From positions 7,502,001 to 7,566,000 of the forward strand of contig JAQFVV010000001.1 of assembly GCA_028023455.1 (NCBI GenBank): 64,000 nt of DNA, written 5' to 3'. This DNA is from Epiperipatus broadwayi (lineage: Eukaryota > Animalia > Onychophora). The first letter of the stretch is position 1. Every line of letters begins with the position of its first letter. The notes under the pieces are model-generated. The model ran no database searches. It was not told the DNA's origin and saw only the letters and a list, made by a program, of their open reading frames with translations. Both the position numbers and the translations under genes were made by a program. Below are positions 27,151 through 40,700 of this stretch, one piece after another.

Positions 27151-29499
27151 TTAAAATTGTAAATTAAATGCAAGAATATTTACTTCTCGATGAATATAAA
27201 ATATTTATAGTTATTATTAATATAACATTCATAAAACAAATGAATGGATATTCTCTGATAAACTTCTTTAGTAAATTTAAAATAAAAATTGAGTAAAACA
27301 TCCCATTTATATGAAAATAAGACTGTGATATTTAAATCTCTATAATAAAATTATTAAATAGAAACTAGCTAGTGTAATGCTTGATAAATAAACTAAATCT
27401 ACTTAAGAATGGCAAAAAAACATTTGCTCATTCAAATAAACCTATTTCGTTTTAGAATTAAAACCTTAGTTTACCTGTATATTTATGCAAAAGTGTTACA
27501 AAAAAAAAATTAATAGCATAAATATTTTTTATTTTTTTTTTTTTTTAAAACCAATAAAGCAGACCATAAAAAAAAAAAAAAAAAAAACATTAATTTAAGT
27601 TCATATTTCCGTTCCGTGATGATTTTTCCATTTCATAATGTGTAGACAATTTATCCAGGTTAAGATATCGATTTGAATTCGAAGCTTCAACTAATACATT
27701 TATATACATGGCAATCATTTCCAAACGAAAATGTTCAATAGTTCATTAATAATATTTTTTTAAACAATTTAAAAAAATAAAATAAATAAATAATAAGATT
27801 AAGCCGGCATGAAACAAAATAAATTCTTCAGCTGAACACACTTTAATTTATTTATAGGATCCCGAGTTCAAAATTGCATACAATAATAATAATATATATT
27901 TCTTTATCCTCTTTTAGGAAAAGGCTTCTTTTAAAATAGTTTTTTAAATAGCTTCCTAATAATATTCCAAGACGTATTTATTTTTAAAATTAATTTCCTT
28001 TGCTTACTTTTAAATATGAGAGTAGAAATTTTTTTACTGTTCAAGACATTTCTCCGTTTATATGCTATAATTAATGCCATAAAATTATTTTTAAATACTG
28101 GCAAGTATGACCATTTATAATGCACTCAATAACTATTAATTCATTATTAATCATTATAGATTGCTTTAAAGTTTTATTTCCAAATATGTGTCCTTTCTTA
28201 CGGTGTAAATAAGAATTATCCTTTAAAATGTATATATTATCTGTTTGCGTTTAGCTAAACAAATCATTTTTATATATGTCAAGATATAAGTAATAACTTT
28301 TCTTTTTTTTAAAAATAAATAATCATTCTTTATAGTTTCTCTGTAATCGAACATAGCAGCTTCTTTATAATGTTCTTTTTTAAACTTTAAAAAAAAAATT
28401 CTCTCTTTTTTTTTTTTACATATACTTTTAATCTAACAGGAAAAATAATTAGCATTTTATTTTCAAAATAGTTTAATACAACCGAACGTTTATTTATGGA
28501 AATGATTAATAGTTTGTTCCTTAACCTTACTTCCAAGTAAAAAAAATTAAACAAGTTAAACTCATATAATATGTGAGACGCTTTATTTATTTTAGACATT
28601 TTTAACTATAATTCCTATGCCTCGACTGAAATTCAAATTGTCAGAAAAACGAATTATTTTTCTTTTAGTCCTCCATCACTACAAGACAATTTTAAATATT
28701 TTACACATACTTGTATTTTCTTAAAAATATCAAGTTTTTTTTTTAAAAAATTACTTTTATTAACAAAATTTTAAGATCCAGCACCAGTTGAACCAAAACA
28801 AGATCAGCCCCTGGATGGTCCCTCAATCTCCATTTTATCTCACAATTTTTCATCCACCTACAATTCATTTAAAAACCAATAAAAATTATTTTTTATTAAA
28901 TTTTAAGATTTGGACAAATCAGCTGTGGAATCAATCAACTGACATAATCAATATAATTTTCCCATACTACGTGACCTTCAGCTGCAAAGTCAAAATTTTA
29001 CTATTACAAATATTATACAATTGTTTTTTTAATGATATTTTACATAACACAATAGTAATAAATATAAAATTTAAAGTTATACCCTTTATTAAACCCTTAA
29101 ATATTTCATTTAAAATAATTTTATCCACACATTTGCTTTATTTACTTATTTTAAACAATATGGGAGTTAAATTATTTTTTTATTCTTATGTTTCCATGTC
29201 TCTGCATGCACATATTCTCACATATGTCTGGCGTTACATTAATTGTTTAAAATTATTTTTAAAATTACAACAATAAAATGTTAATTAATGATTATTTAAT
29301 TTAACTAACTTTTATAACTAGAATGCTAAACTACAAAACTAATAACAAATATTCTTATTTCCTTTTAATAAAAACTTACATATCATTTCTTTTTTTAAAA
29401 ATTTATTACTTACTTATTGCTTTATTGATTATTATAATTTTGCCTGTAAGGCCTTGGTAATGCTAAGGCTATTAATATATGGTAATCTGAATTTGGTTC

Positions 29500-31429
29500 A
29501 GTTCCATATAGCTATCTAATGATGCATTAAGAAGGATTGAATATCTCAAATTTTATAGCTATCTAAGTTAAATAGCTGGAGTTAATTTTTACTGAGACTA
29601 GAGAATTTATGATGAAAAGAAGGAATATGAAGATATACAAAAATGATGCATTAAGAAGGATTGAATATCTTGAATTTTGTAAAATGGCACGGAAAAGAGT
29701 TGAAAATGATATAAGAAAGTATAACTGTGAACTAGCAAAGAAAGCTGTGGAAGAAAATAAAAGTCTCAAGAATGTAAAACAACATTTTGGTATTGGTAGG
29801 AAATTTATATCTGCAATAAGAAAAAAGATGGAATTATTACTAAAAAGAGAGATGACATTACGAAATGGGTAGAAGACTTTTATCAAGAATTATATAGTAA
29901 TAAAAAACAAGTACCTCCTATTTCTATTACATCTTCTGAATTGCCCAGAATTTTAAATGAAGAAGTGAAACATGCAATTAAATGTACGAAGAAAGGAAAG
30001 GCTCCAGCTAATGATGGAATTATAATTGATATATTAAAAGAAGCAGGTGAAGAAATAGATTTTTTTTTAGCAAAGTTATATACCAAATGTCTAAATGATA
30101 AAGATGTACCAGATGATTGGAAGAATGCAGTAATAATATTAATATTTAAAAAAGGTGATAAAGAAGATATTAGAAATTACAGACCTATCAGCCTTTTATC
30201 AGTTTTATACAAAATTTTTACCAAGATAATTACAACTCGTCTACAAAGAACATTGGATTTCCACCAACCAAGGGAACAAGCTGGATTTAAAAGTGGTTTT
30301 AGTACAGTAGATCATATCCAGGTATTGAGAGAAGTTATAGAAAGGACAAATGAATATGAGTTGTCATTATGTTTTGGATTTGTAGATTATGAAAAGGCAT
30401 TTGATTCTATAAACATTTCTTCAGTGATTAAAGCATTGGATCATCAAGGTATAGATCCAGGATATTGTCATATTTTAAAGAATATTTATAAAAATGCAAC
30501 AGCAACAATTAGATTACATAATGATACTGGGAAAGTCAACATTGAGAAAAGTGTAAGACAAGGTGACTCCATATTTCCAAAACTTTTTACAACAGTGTTG
30601 CAAGAAGTATTTTGTAGATTAAAATGGGAAACTTAAAGGAGTGAAAATGGAGATTATTTAAGTCTTTTAGATTTTGCAGATGATATAGTTGTTTTTGCAA
30701 ATAATGCTTCAGAGCTGCAGGAAATGTTGCAGGAGTTATCATATGAAAGTAGGACTAAAGATAAATGTTAAAAAGACTAAAGTAATGTTTAATCAATTTG
30801 CTCAAAATATGAAAATAAAGATTGATTATGAAGAATTAGAAGTTAACAGTTACAAATATCTTGGTCAGATTATTAATACAGATGGAAACATAATGGATGA
30901 AATTAATCATAGAATTAAACTTGGTTGGAGTGCTTTTGGTAGCAACTTAATACTAAAAGGAAATATGCCTATGTGTTTGAAAAGGAAATTTTTTAACAAA
31001 TGTGTTTTACCAGTTCTTACTTATGGATCTGAGACTTGGACACTTAATAGAAGAGCAATACAGAGACTCCAGACCACTCAAAGAAGTATGGAGAGATGCA
31101 TGTTGGGAGTAACAAGAAGAGATCGAAAACGCAATGTATGGGTAAGAGAACAAACAGGTGTTACTGACCTCACTGAAAAATTAAAAGATTGAAGTGGAGT
31201 TGGGCTGGACATATTGCTAGAAGAGATGATAATAGATGGACAATTGAAATCTTAAACTGGATTCCAAGAGATTGTAAAAGACCCAGAAAGAGACCACATG
31301 TGAGATGGATGGATGAAATAAGAAAGTGTGCAAGGGTGATGTGGAGAAGAAAAGCAAAAGATCGGAGAAGATGGATTAAACTTAGAGAGACTATCCTGCA
31401 GTGGATTGATAATGGTTGATGATGATGAT
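29500..31429 (+). mobile_element. 5'-truncated RTE-clade LINE (RT region), copy A
   Basis: ORFs 29941-30636, 30689-31192 and 31189-31419 with NYRPISLLS, EQAGF, VDYEKAFD, RQGD, FADD, WSWAGHIAR. (GAT)n tail. Confidence 0.95.
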
Positions 31430-31525
31430 ATATATATATATGTTAATTCTAATATTTTTACAGTTAAAAGATGTCATATTATTATTACTATTTGCGGGAT
31501 ATTCTGTGTAGTGAAAAAGCTAAAT

Positions 31526-31568
31526 GCTGACGTTTCAGTACAACATGAAGTACCTTCCTCAGAGTGTG
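31526..31568 (-). ncRNA. Hammerhead-ribozyme-like motif at Penelope 3' end
   Basis: cact-CTGAGGA-a-GGTAC-ttcatgtt-GTACT-GAAAC-GTC. Intact core, 5-bp stem II, short palindromic stem III, weak stem I. Confidence 0.65.
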
Positions 31569-32011
31569 CTCTTTCTCAAATCATAAGAATGCATATGAGA
31601 TTTAAAATCGTTTTCTTTCTCCTCATATTTAAATTCTATTGGTTGAGAAGTTTTAAAATTTATTTTCTCTTTCAATAGCTTCTTCCAAATGTTGTTAATC
31701 TTCTTTAATTCACACCTTTCATTTATGCTCTTGGGCCTTTTAAAAATCTCTATAGCTTCTCTTAGCAATCTCTGGTCATATTGTTCAATTTTTGCTAAAA
31801 TATTTGTTTTTTCAAAATTGATATCATGATTTGTTAATTTTATATAAGAATAAATAACTGATGAATTAGATTTTTCTCTGGCTACCAGAATGTGTTCTTC
31901 TTTTCTAATATTTATTCTACGATTAGTCTGTCCAATATATGTATGTGGACAGACCCTGCTTGGAATTTCATATACACCATGAACTCCAAAGCAAAATAAT
32001 ATGACACACAC
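31559..32011 (-). mobile_element. Penelope-like 3' fragment (GIY-YIG endonuclease)
   Basis: GVYEIPSRVCPHTYIGQTNRRINIRKEEH...REAIEI. Confidence 0.9.
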
Positions 32012-33216
32012 ATAAATATATTATAACTAAAAAATTAATTGCCCCAAAAAGTTGAGAGCCATTTCTAACCAATAAAATGAAACCACAAAAAGAGGCAATC
32101 AAATACAAAAATTTTCACACTCTAATACCAATATTCTATATTACCATCTTAGTGATGATGATAATATGGTTAAGCTCAGTGGGTTGTAGGTTACAATAAA
32201 CTTTACTAGAGACATGCATTAAAATAAAAGAGAATTATAAAACAATGTCAAGTAAATAAAAAAATTAGGACAAGGCTCATTCCTATACAATACTTTTCAA
32301 AACCAAAAAAATTTCCCTCTATCAAAACAAATTCTCTAAGTAGCATAGATATTTTACATTTAATATAAAATCTAACAATGAAATTCTTTACTGTATCTTC
32401 TTCAAATGTTTTTATCACCAGTCAATTTTATTGTTATGATCTGATCTAATCTATTCTTATAAGTAGAAGATAATGTACTTTTCTTATAGTTCATTGAACT
32501 ACAATAAGTTTTGCACACCACACTATTGATTTTTGCATTAATAAAATGAATTAATCATAATCGAGGAAATAATAAGTAATGATCTCAGGGTTCTTTATTA
32601 ATTTTGAAAATAAATCATCATATTATGTTGTTGAACAAATGTATGACATCTTAGTAGACTAAAGGAGACATATACTTCTCTTAAAAGTTAATGTATGCTC
32701 ATAAATTATAGTAATAACAATTAATTAAAGAAGTGTTTAATCTAACCAATAATTGCATAAAAAAATCTAATTTGGAAAAATCAGTCTTTTACTCAGGATG
32801 ACACTCGAGTAATAGAACCTTTTATATCTTTCTTCTACTCATTAACAACACAATCAAAAATAATCAAGTTCTAAATAATGGATTCTTTGTTTGAAAGCTA
32901 AAAAATAATATGCAGTCGGAAATTAAAGAATTCAAAATAAAATCAAATAAATATTCAATTATTTTAACTGCAATACATACACTAAACAATGTATGAAACC
33001 AACAAATTACTATAAGTCAAATAACTATAAAATATTTCCAACAGCATAAAATTTTATACATAAATAGCACAGGCAAATATTGTTAAATATAACACTAATA
33101 AATGCTTTGTTATATGAAAAACTTAATAATGAAATTATTATATCATAATAATTTTACAACTATTGCAAGCGTCTGATAAACATATACTGGCTTTTTACCC
33201 ATAAATAACGTATTAA

Positions 33217-34105
33217 CCCTCTCAAGGTCTGCATTTTCTGATATTTTTCTTTGTCTCACACATCAATATCAAATATATGACAAAATGATTATTACTTATC
33301 TGAAAATAATAAATTTGACTTCATTTAATAGATATTTTTGTTTACTACTGGAATAAATTTTAAATCTTCACATTTTATTTCTGTAAATATTAAAAAAAAA
33401 AGAGTATCATAAACAAAAAAGAGTTTAGATGTCATTGTTTCTAGAAAGATTATTTTCAGCTTATAATATCAATGAAATATTTCTTAATTCTTATTATTTT
33501 TAAACATCCAAACGAATATTATTTATTTCTTTTATATCTAATGAATTATGCTTTAAAAGTGTAAAATTTTTGAAAATTTATTGCAAAATTGCGATATTTT
33601 CATACTCGTAAGTATAAAGATTACTTACATAGAAACTAAGATTGTAAATTGCTTCAGGTCATGCTTACATTTGCTGCTAATATAATGTTATATTTTGGTA
33701 AATAAAGTATTTCAAGTCAAAATAAGTTATTAATAATTTATATTTCTTGATATCTAATAAATATAGTGTAAATTATTTTAAAAAAAATATCTAAAACTGT
33801 AATAAATTCGCAAATAAACATGTTTTTGGTCATTGGAACTATTTTCTTTAAACAGTGTCATAAAACGCTGAATGTTTTACAGCCTTGGCAACGGACAATG
33901 GCTGAACATGTCAGGGCAGTGCTTATGTCTATTTAAGAGCAGGAATTTTGAATATCCATCCCGCCTTCTACCATAAAATTTTTAGCGAAAATTTAATATA
34001 ATATACCGTTTTACATGCATTTTAACATATAATACTTATGAAAAAATTCACCAGGGGATGAACTGGTCAAAAGTCAATATTCTATCATCCCGCTAAATTG
34101 AAAGG
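33217..34105. mobile_element. Possible piggyBac-type non-autonomous element
   Basis: TTAA on both sides. Ends ccctctcaa...ttgaaagg form an imperfect TIR. No coding remnant recognised. Confidence 0.4.
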
Positions 34106-36089
34106 TTAATAAATGCTATTCACAAATGTAGAGAGATATGTATCTCTACATGAACAAAGTATACCATACAATTGACTTTAAGTCAACAAATTCGCATAAT
34201 TGTCATAAATTATAGGAAAATATTTTAGCATAGTATTAACATAATATAAGATAATAAAAAAATATTCTTTTTTAAAACACCCTCTGGTCTTCATCTGAGT
34301 TCCCTCCATGGTAAGCTATCCACCATGGAAAGACAATGTTCTTTTGCCAGAGAATTATTTTTAAGAATATTGCATCCGTACTTGTTATGTTTTTTCTTTT
34401 ATAACACAATAAAAGCAAGTATGATCTTCTGGAACAAACAATTAAGAGATAGTTTTTGGCAAAGATTTGAACCATTTTTACCAGTTCATATACAGAAAAA
34501 TATCACTTAGCTTGTTTTCGATATTTCCGTTTTAACAGCAAATATTATTAAGAAAATTTTCATTTAATTGTGTCCACAGTAACACTGGGGGGGGGGGAAG
34601 CCTCTTTTTTAAAAAGGCATTTTAAATATTCTTCTTCGAATTGCATTCTTGTTCACGGACACAGATAATTATAGTAATTAATTAAAAAAAAATTACTATC
34701 AACTTTTAAAAGTCTGCAATTTAAATAGTTCATTTCACAAGACATAACATTATTATACGTTAAAGTTACGTCTTTTTCAATAAAGCTTCACATTAATTTA
34801 TTCATTTAACTTCTATTTTAAGTGTTCTTTTGCAAAACATTAATAAAGCAAAGTTATAATAAAGTTCATATTCTTTTATCAACTTAGGCAAGTCAGTATT
34901 TAAGTCTTTATCAAGAGAATACTTCAAATAAACTCACTTAAATAGTCATGAATTGCGAGTTTTGACATTAGCAATTGTTAATAGCCATTGAAGCAAAACT
35001 TTTTTCTCTTTGAAGTCAATTTTAAAGTCTTTCCACAGTTAATTTAAATCTTATTTTACTAAAAGTGAAATGTAAAAAGAAAAAATAACCTAGTACAATG
35101 TCCAATATAATTTTGGAAAACCGAGAGGTCATCGCACCGACTTGCAAGCATGTAGTTGGTTGATGCTATGACATATGAAAAAAAAAACCAATATAAAATA
35201 TATTACCCCATTCTTGTTTAAATTCAGATTTAAGCCCAGTTGAATAAACTGAATTAGTAAAAAGTAATTATTCTTCCCAAACATTTTGTTAATTATTGGT
35301 TCTGAATTAGATTAAGTATAAAAAACAAAACACACTATCTTCCATCTAGACTTGCATTATTAATTAAGAAATGATAATTTTTTTTAGAGAATTAGCACTT
35401 TAAATAAAATAAAAAAAAATTAAGATAAAAAATTATTACTGTTTTCTTGAAGAAGAGTAAACATGCACGAGATGAGCAGCAGATGAGAGAATAGCAGCAG
35501 GCTCATGTACTGACAATTCTCCTTTTATACCTTCATTTTTTTGACAGGCAAAAATTATGCCAAATACTATACAGAACTAATTAAGAAAATTATGTAATAT
35601 TGATCTACTTTCAATGATCATGTAAAAATTTAAACTTTCAAAAGTTGAAATTAACTTTTATTAATTGTTTAATTAATTAAAAAAAAAAGGCAATAAAATA
35701 AATACCATTTATTAATTTTTTTAAATACTTAATAACTAAAATTAACTCTATTTGTACTTATTATTTTACTAAATCTCCTCACATGTGTACCAATTAACAC
35801 ACACACATGCATAGAGGAAATTGCTTTACATCTTTTGAATTTAAATTCTTTTAATAATCATCTAGTACATTTTTTTTACTTAAACTAATCAATTTTATTC
35901 AGATATTTTAAGCTCTATTAAATAAAAATAACTCAACTAAATTGTTAATCACTTAGAAGTCACAAATTATCTTACACAATTTTAAGCATAAAATTAACTT
36001 TACTCAATCCTATATTATCTCTAACTCTATTTACTTTTCACTCTTTATAAAATTATGCATAAACTAAGCACTAATTTTTAATTTGAAAG

Positions 36090-37429
36090 CATCATCATCA
36101 TCACCATCATCAACCATTATCAATCCACTGCAGGATGAAGGTCTCTCCAAGTTTAATCCATCTTCTCCGATCTTTAGCTTCTCTTTTCCACAACACCCCT
36201 GCACACTTTCTTATTTCATCCATCCATCTCACATGTGGTCTCTTTCTGGGTCTTTTACAATCTCTTGGAATCCAGTTTAAAATTTCAATTGTCCATCTAT
36301 TATCATTTCTTCTAGCAATATGTCCAGCCCAACTCCATTTCAATCTTTTAATTTTTTCAATAAGGTCAGTAACACCTGTTTGTTGTCTTACCCATACATT
36401 GCATTTTCGATCTCTTCTTGTTACTCCCAACATACATCTCTCCATACTCCTTTGAGTGGTCTGAAGTCTCTGTATTACTCTTCTATTAAGTGTCCAAGTC
36501 TCAGATCCATAAGTAAGAACTGGTAAAACACATTTGTTAAAAACCATTCTTTTCAAACACATAGGCATATTTCCTTTTAGTATCAAGTTATTTCTACCAA
36601 AAGCACTCCAACCAAGTTTAATTCTATGATTAATTTCCTCCATTATGTTTCCATCTGTATTAATAATCTGACCTAGGTATTTGTAACTGTTAACTTCTTC
36701 TAATTCTTCAGAATCAATCTTTATTTTCATATTTTGAGCAAATCGATTAAATATTACTTTAGTCTTTTTAACATTTATCTTTAGTCCTACTTTTCTACTT
36801 TCATCTGCTAACTCCTGCAACATTTCCTGCAGCTCTGAAGCATTATTTGCAAAAACAACTACATCATCTGCAAAATCTAAATGACTTAAATACTCTCCAT
36901 TTACTTTCATTCCTTTAGTTTCCCATTTTAATCCACAAAATACTTCTTGCAGCACTGCTGTAAAAAGTTTTGGAGATATGGAGTCAACTTGCCTTACACC
37001 TTTCTCAATGTTGATTTTTCCAGTATCATTATGTAATCTAATTGTTGCTGTTGCATTTTTATAAATATTCTTTAAAATATGACAATATCTTGGATCTATA
37101 CCTTGATGATCCAATGCTTTAATCACTGAAGAAATGTGTATAGAATCGAATGCCTTTTCATAATCTACAAAACCAAAACATAATGACAACTCATATTCAT
37201 TTGTCCTTTCTATGACTTCTCTCAATACCTGGATATGATCTATTGTACTAAAACCACTTTTAAATCCAGCTTGTTCTCTTGGTTGGTGGAAATCCAAAGT
37301 TCTCTGTAGACGAGTTGTAATTATCTTGGTAAAAATTTTGTATAAAACTGATAAAAGGCTGACAGGTCTGTAATTTCTAATATCTTCTTTATCACCTTTT
37401 TTAAATATTAATATTACTACTGCATACTT
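36090..37429 (-). mobile_element. 5'-truncated RTE-clade LINE, copy B (same family as copy A)
   Basis: Uninterrupted 395-aa RT frame 36110-37297, nearly identical to copy A. (GAT)n tail at 36090-36111. Confidence 0.95.
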
Positions 37430-38234
37430 GTATTAAATATTAGAGCTATATCTTTATAATAACCTTTAAGTCATTATACATTATATATTTTGTACTTATA
37501 ATTATGTGAATGGAGTAAATTACAACAATGAAATAAAATTTAGATAGCATAATTTATACATTTTATTTACACAATAACATTTATTATTTTCTCTTCTTCT
37601 TTTATTTATCTTTTTTTTTTAAATAGCCAACTAAGATAAGACTCTTATCAATAGGATCTTAACTTGTAAAATCACTGCTGAAAAAGATTTTACAAAAGCT
37701 TGTTAATTTAAAACAAACAAAAAAAAAAGTCTATTTATTATTAGAATAAAAAGGTAACTATAATTATCACAGCATGTGAAAGTACAAAAGTTTTGTTTAA
37801 AAAAAAGGAAAATCATTTTAAGAAATATAGGTCGTATGTATAATATGCATGTGCAATTTAATTTATTACTAACTTAGAAATTACATTATAAATTTAATTT
37901 CATATATGCTATGTTTTTCTTGATTCTTAAATTACATATTTATTATCATTAATCACTTAATGTCATACAACAAAGATAATCAAATTTTTAGATTTGGAGA
38001 CATAATTTAATGAATAATTTTCCTGATCTATATTGCCCATAATATATTAGTTAGGCAAAATATGCTGAATTATTTTTTTGGGACATAAATATAACATGTT
38101 ATACATATGTTTTATTTAATAAAAACACACACATATATATATATTCAACTATCTGTGTAGTCGTTATCAACTAGATTCAAATTGTATTAGAAAAAAACCG
38201 TTGCAAATGTAAACAAAAAGTAATACGTCATACA

Positions 38235-39225
38235 TCAATTTTCCCACAATTCATTAATTTTTATATTGGCGACCTGTCTGTTTATCAAATGTTGCTTTTC
38301 ACTTTTTATTAACAAAGCTTCTTTAATTTTGCATTTATTATTATTTCTTTCAATACACAAAATCTTAACTTTATTAAAATCAAAATCAAAACCATAATTA
38401 CATGTTACATTATGATCAAAAAATACTGATGGTGATACATCATCATTTCTAACATTCTCTTGTCTTGATTTTTGTACTTGTTTATATAACAACAAATGCT
38501 CCTTTGATCTTTTCTCCAATGTACATCGAGATTCCCCAATATATGCCTTTCCACAAACACACAGCCATTTATATATTGCACAACTTTGATTTAAAATACT
38601 ACACCTATTTTTTGAATTATTTATTAACCTATTTAAATCAGGAGTAGTATAAAATGCAACTTGACATATATTTTTATATATCTGTTTTATAAATTTCACT
38701 TGTTCATTACAAATAAATGGTACTGATATCCAAGTATATTTTATTTTATCAATATCTATAGCACCTAAAACATTTCTATTATTATTAAACTTAGTAACAA
38801 TATTATAAATTAATTTATGATCATATCCAACATTTAACAAATCCGTAATAAATACATTTATATTACCTATTTTATCAGAACTATATTTACATAATTTATT
38901 ATTCCTAAATAAAAATGATTTTAAACCGGATAATTTATGTGCTATTGGCACATTTGAATACCAAGGAATATATCCTCTTTTTTCAATATCTTTTATTACC
39001 ATACAATAATCTAATTTATTTTTATTACGAGTAACTTTAATATCTAAATACTGAATTGACATTTTTTCTTCAAAAAATTTACTCCATTTTAAACCTTCTA
39101 AACTATTTAATTCGTTGTATAACACATTTATGATATCTAAACTTCCACAAACAAAAACATCATCAAAACTTTAAAATATTGTTTTACTGTATTAATTATT
39201 GTATTGTTTTGAATAATTATATATA
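38235..39225 (-). mobile_element. Penelope-like element, different subfamily (RT C-terminus + GIY-YIG)
   Basis: 296-aa open frame with QYLDI, GYIPWYSNVP, AIYKWLCVCGKAYIGES, KIKEALLI. A frameshifted FDDVFV RT motif lies at about 39160. Confidence 0.85.
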
Positions 39226-39885
39226 TATATATTGTACCGGGTTCGAATATGTGTCTATCGAAACACCGGCCTCTTAGGCAGAGAATATATTTGGAGAATA
39301 TGTATGTCCAAACGATAGCTATAAAATATATAACTAGCGTTACATTTCCAGGACATAACTTCTCGGCTGTTGAGTTCAACACCACGTTCAAAGCACTTTT
39401 TTTTGTTTGTGTATAAACACGGGCGCCAGCTATCTATTCAAGAATGAATAAATAACGCACTTTGAGCAATGGCCACTAACTCAATGCCTAAATATCCACG
39501 ACTAGCTCAGCTATTTGTAATCACTAACTGATTATACATAATTAGTGGTGAAAGAATTGATAAAAAGAATTGACTGACAAATAGAGTTTAAGTTTTAAGA
39601 CAATTTATTAACTAACATTAATTTACTAAACTTAAACATCTTTATAATTTTTTTTTAAAACTAATATAACACATGCACATTTTAAATTAACACACTATAA
39701 TATATATCTTATGAAAAGCATAAATAATGTTTTACGTTTATAAAATCATATAGCATTCACAAACACGCACATCAATAGTTCATTTTATGCATGGTTATAG
39801 AGTTCAAATTACTTGTCTCTGGAGGCTTTATGAATTTTAATGCAATGGCTATTATGGTATAAACAAAAATAAGCAAATGTTTTAC

Positions 39886-40700
39886 CTAGGATTTTGAACG
39901 TAGATTTAGAACTTTGTTTTCTTCTTGTTTGTTGCTTCTTCCAGCCGGCTGGGACGTTTCCTTGATGAGTTTCATTATTCTTCATGATTATTATTATTGA
40001 AGACAATTAGATATTGACGGAGATTTCCAAGTTGTTACGCTGACATTATTTCACGGGCAGATCTTGCTGTTTTCATCGGACATCAGACTGTGGAGAAAAC
40101 GTGTATTCCCAAAAGCTACTCAGCACTGCATTTTGTTTCTGGATACAATTAACTCAACTGATTGTCCTCTCTTGACTTAACTGACTCAATTAATTTCTGA
40201 ACTGAACTGATTATCCGATAAAATTTTACTATGTATACCTGCGAAGTGTTTTTCTTTTCGATATCCTCCGGCAATATCTGTTGTCGAAATTTCATTGATA
40301 ATCCTTTGATAAATGTGTTTTGGAAGATTGTTTAATTAGTAATAGATATGCAAAACGTGTTGTTTTATATTTTTAATTAATTAACAGCCATTGCCGTGTT
40401 TTCTAATGATAATCTTATTTTATTTCATTTTAATATTTATTACGCATGCATTTCTTATTTATTTACAATCGCACATATATAATTAATTTTAAGATTACTG
40501 TTCTTTAATTCCGAATGAAAAAAGATTTGTATTTTGAAGCTTTATATTTTACGAATACTAATAAGGAAAACTCTACTTCCTTTTATAAAACTTTTAGTTT
40601 GACTTTTCTAACGAAACACCCCTCTCCCCTTCTGATTAATTAATTGTAACTTTTATTTCAAAAACTTTTACGAAAGATTTTTATTTTAAAACTCTGATTT
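39886..40700 (-). promoter_or_regulatory. CpG-retaining promoter-like region with candidate first exon
   Basis: Repeated TCAGT initiator-like motifs at about 40170-40215, ATG at 39985, MKNNETHQGNVPAGWKKQQTRRKQSSKSTFKIL, donor G|gtaaaa at 39886/39885. Confidence 0.5.

Noticed and set aside
28788-29276. 162-aa plus-strand ORF
   Set aside because: Composition is typical of an AT-rich chance ORF, with no motifs. Any signal is on the opposite strand.
33629-33676. 48-nt exon-like segment with gtaagt donor
   Set aside because: Open only in phase 2, incompatible with HMMR intron 3, and inside a putative piggyBac-type element.
36083-36526. Plus-strand ORFs over RTE copy B, and similar short ORFs over the LTR elements
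   Set aside because: Antisense or alternative-frame shadows of TE coding sequence.
39886-39985. Idea that this phase-1 exon is a displaced HMMR exon 1 (scrambled exon order)
   Set aside because: No similarity to the MSFPKAPLKRFN-type start, and nothing else indicates rearrangement.
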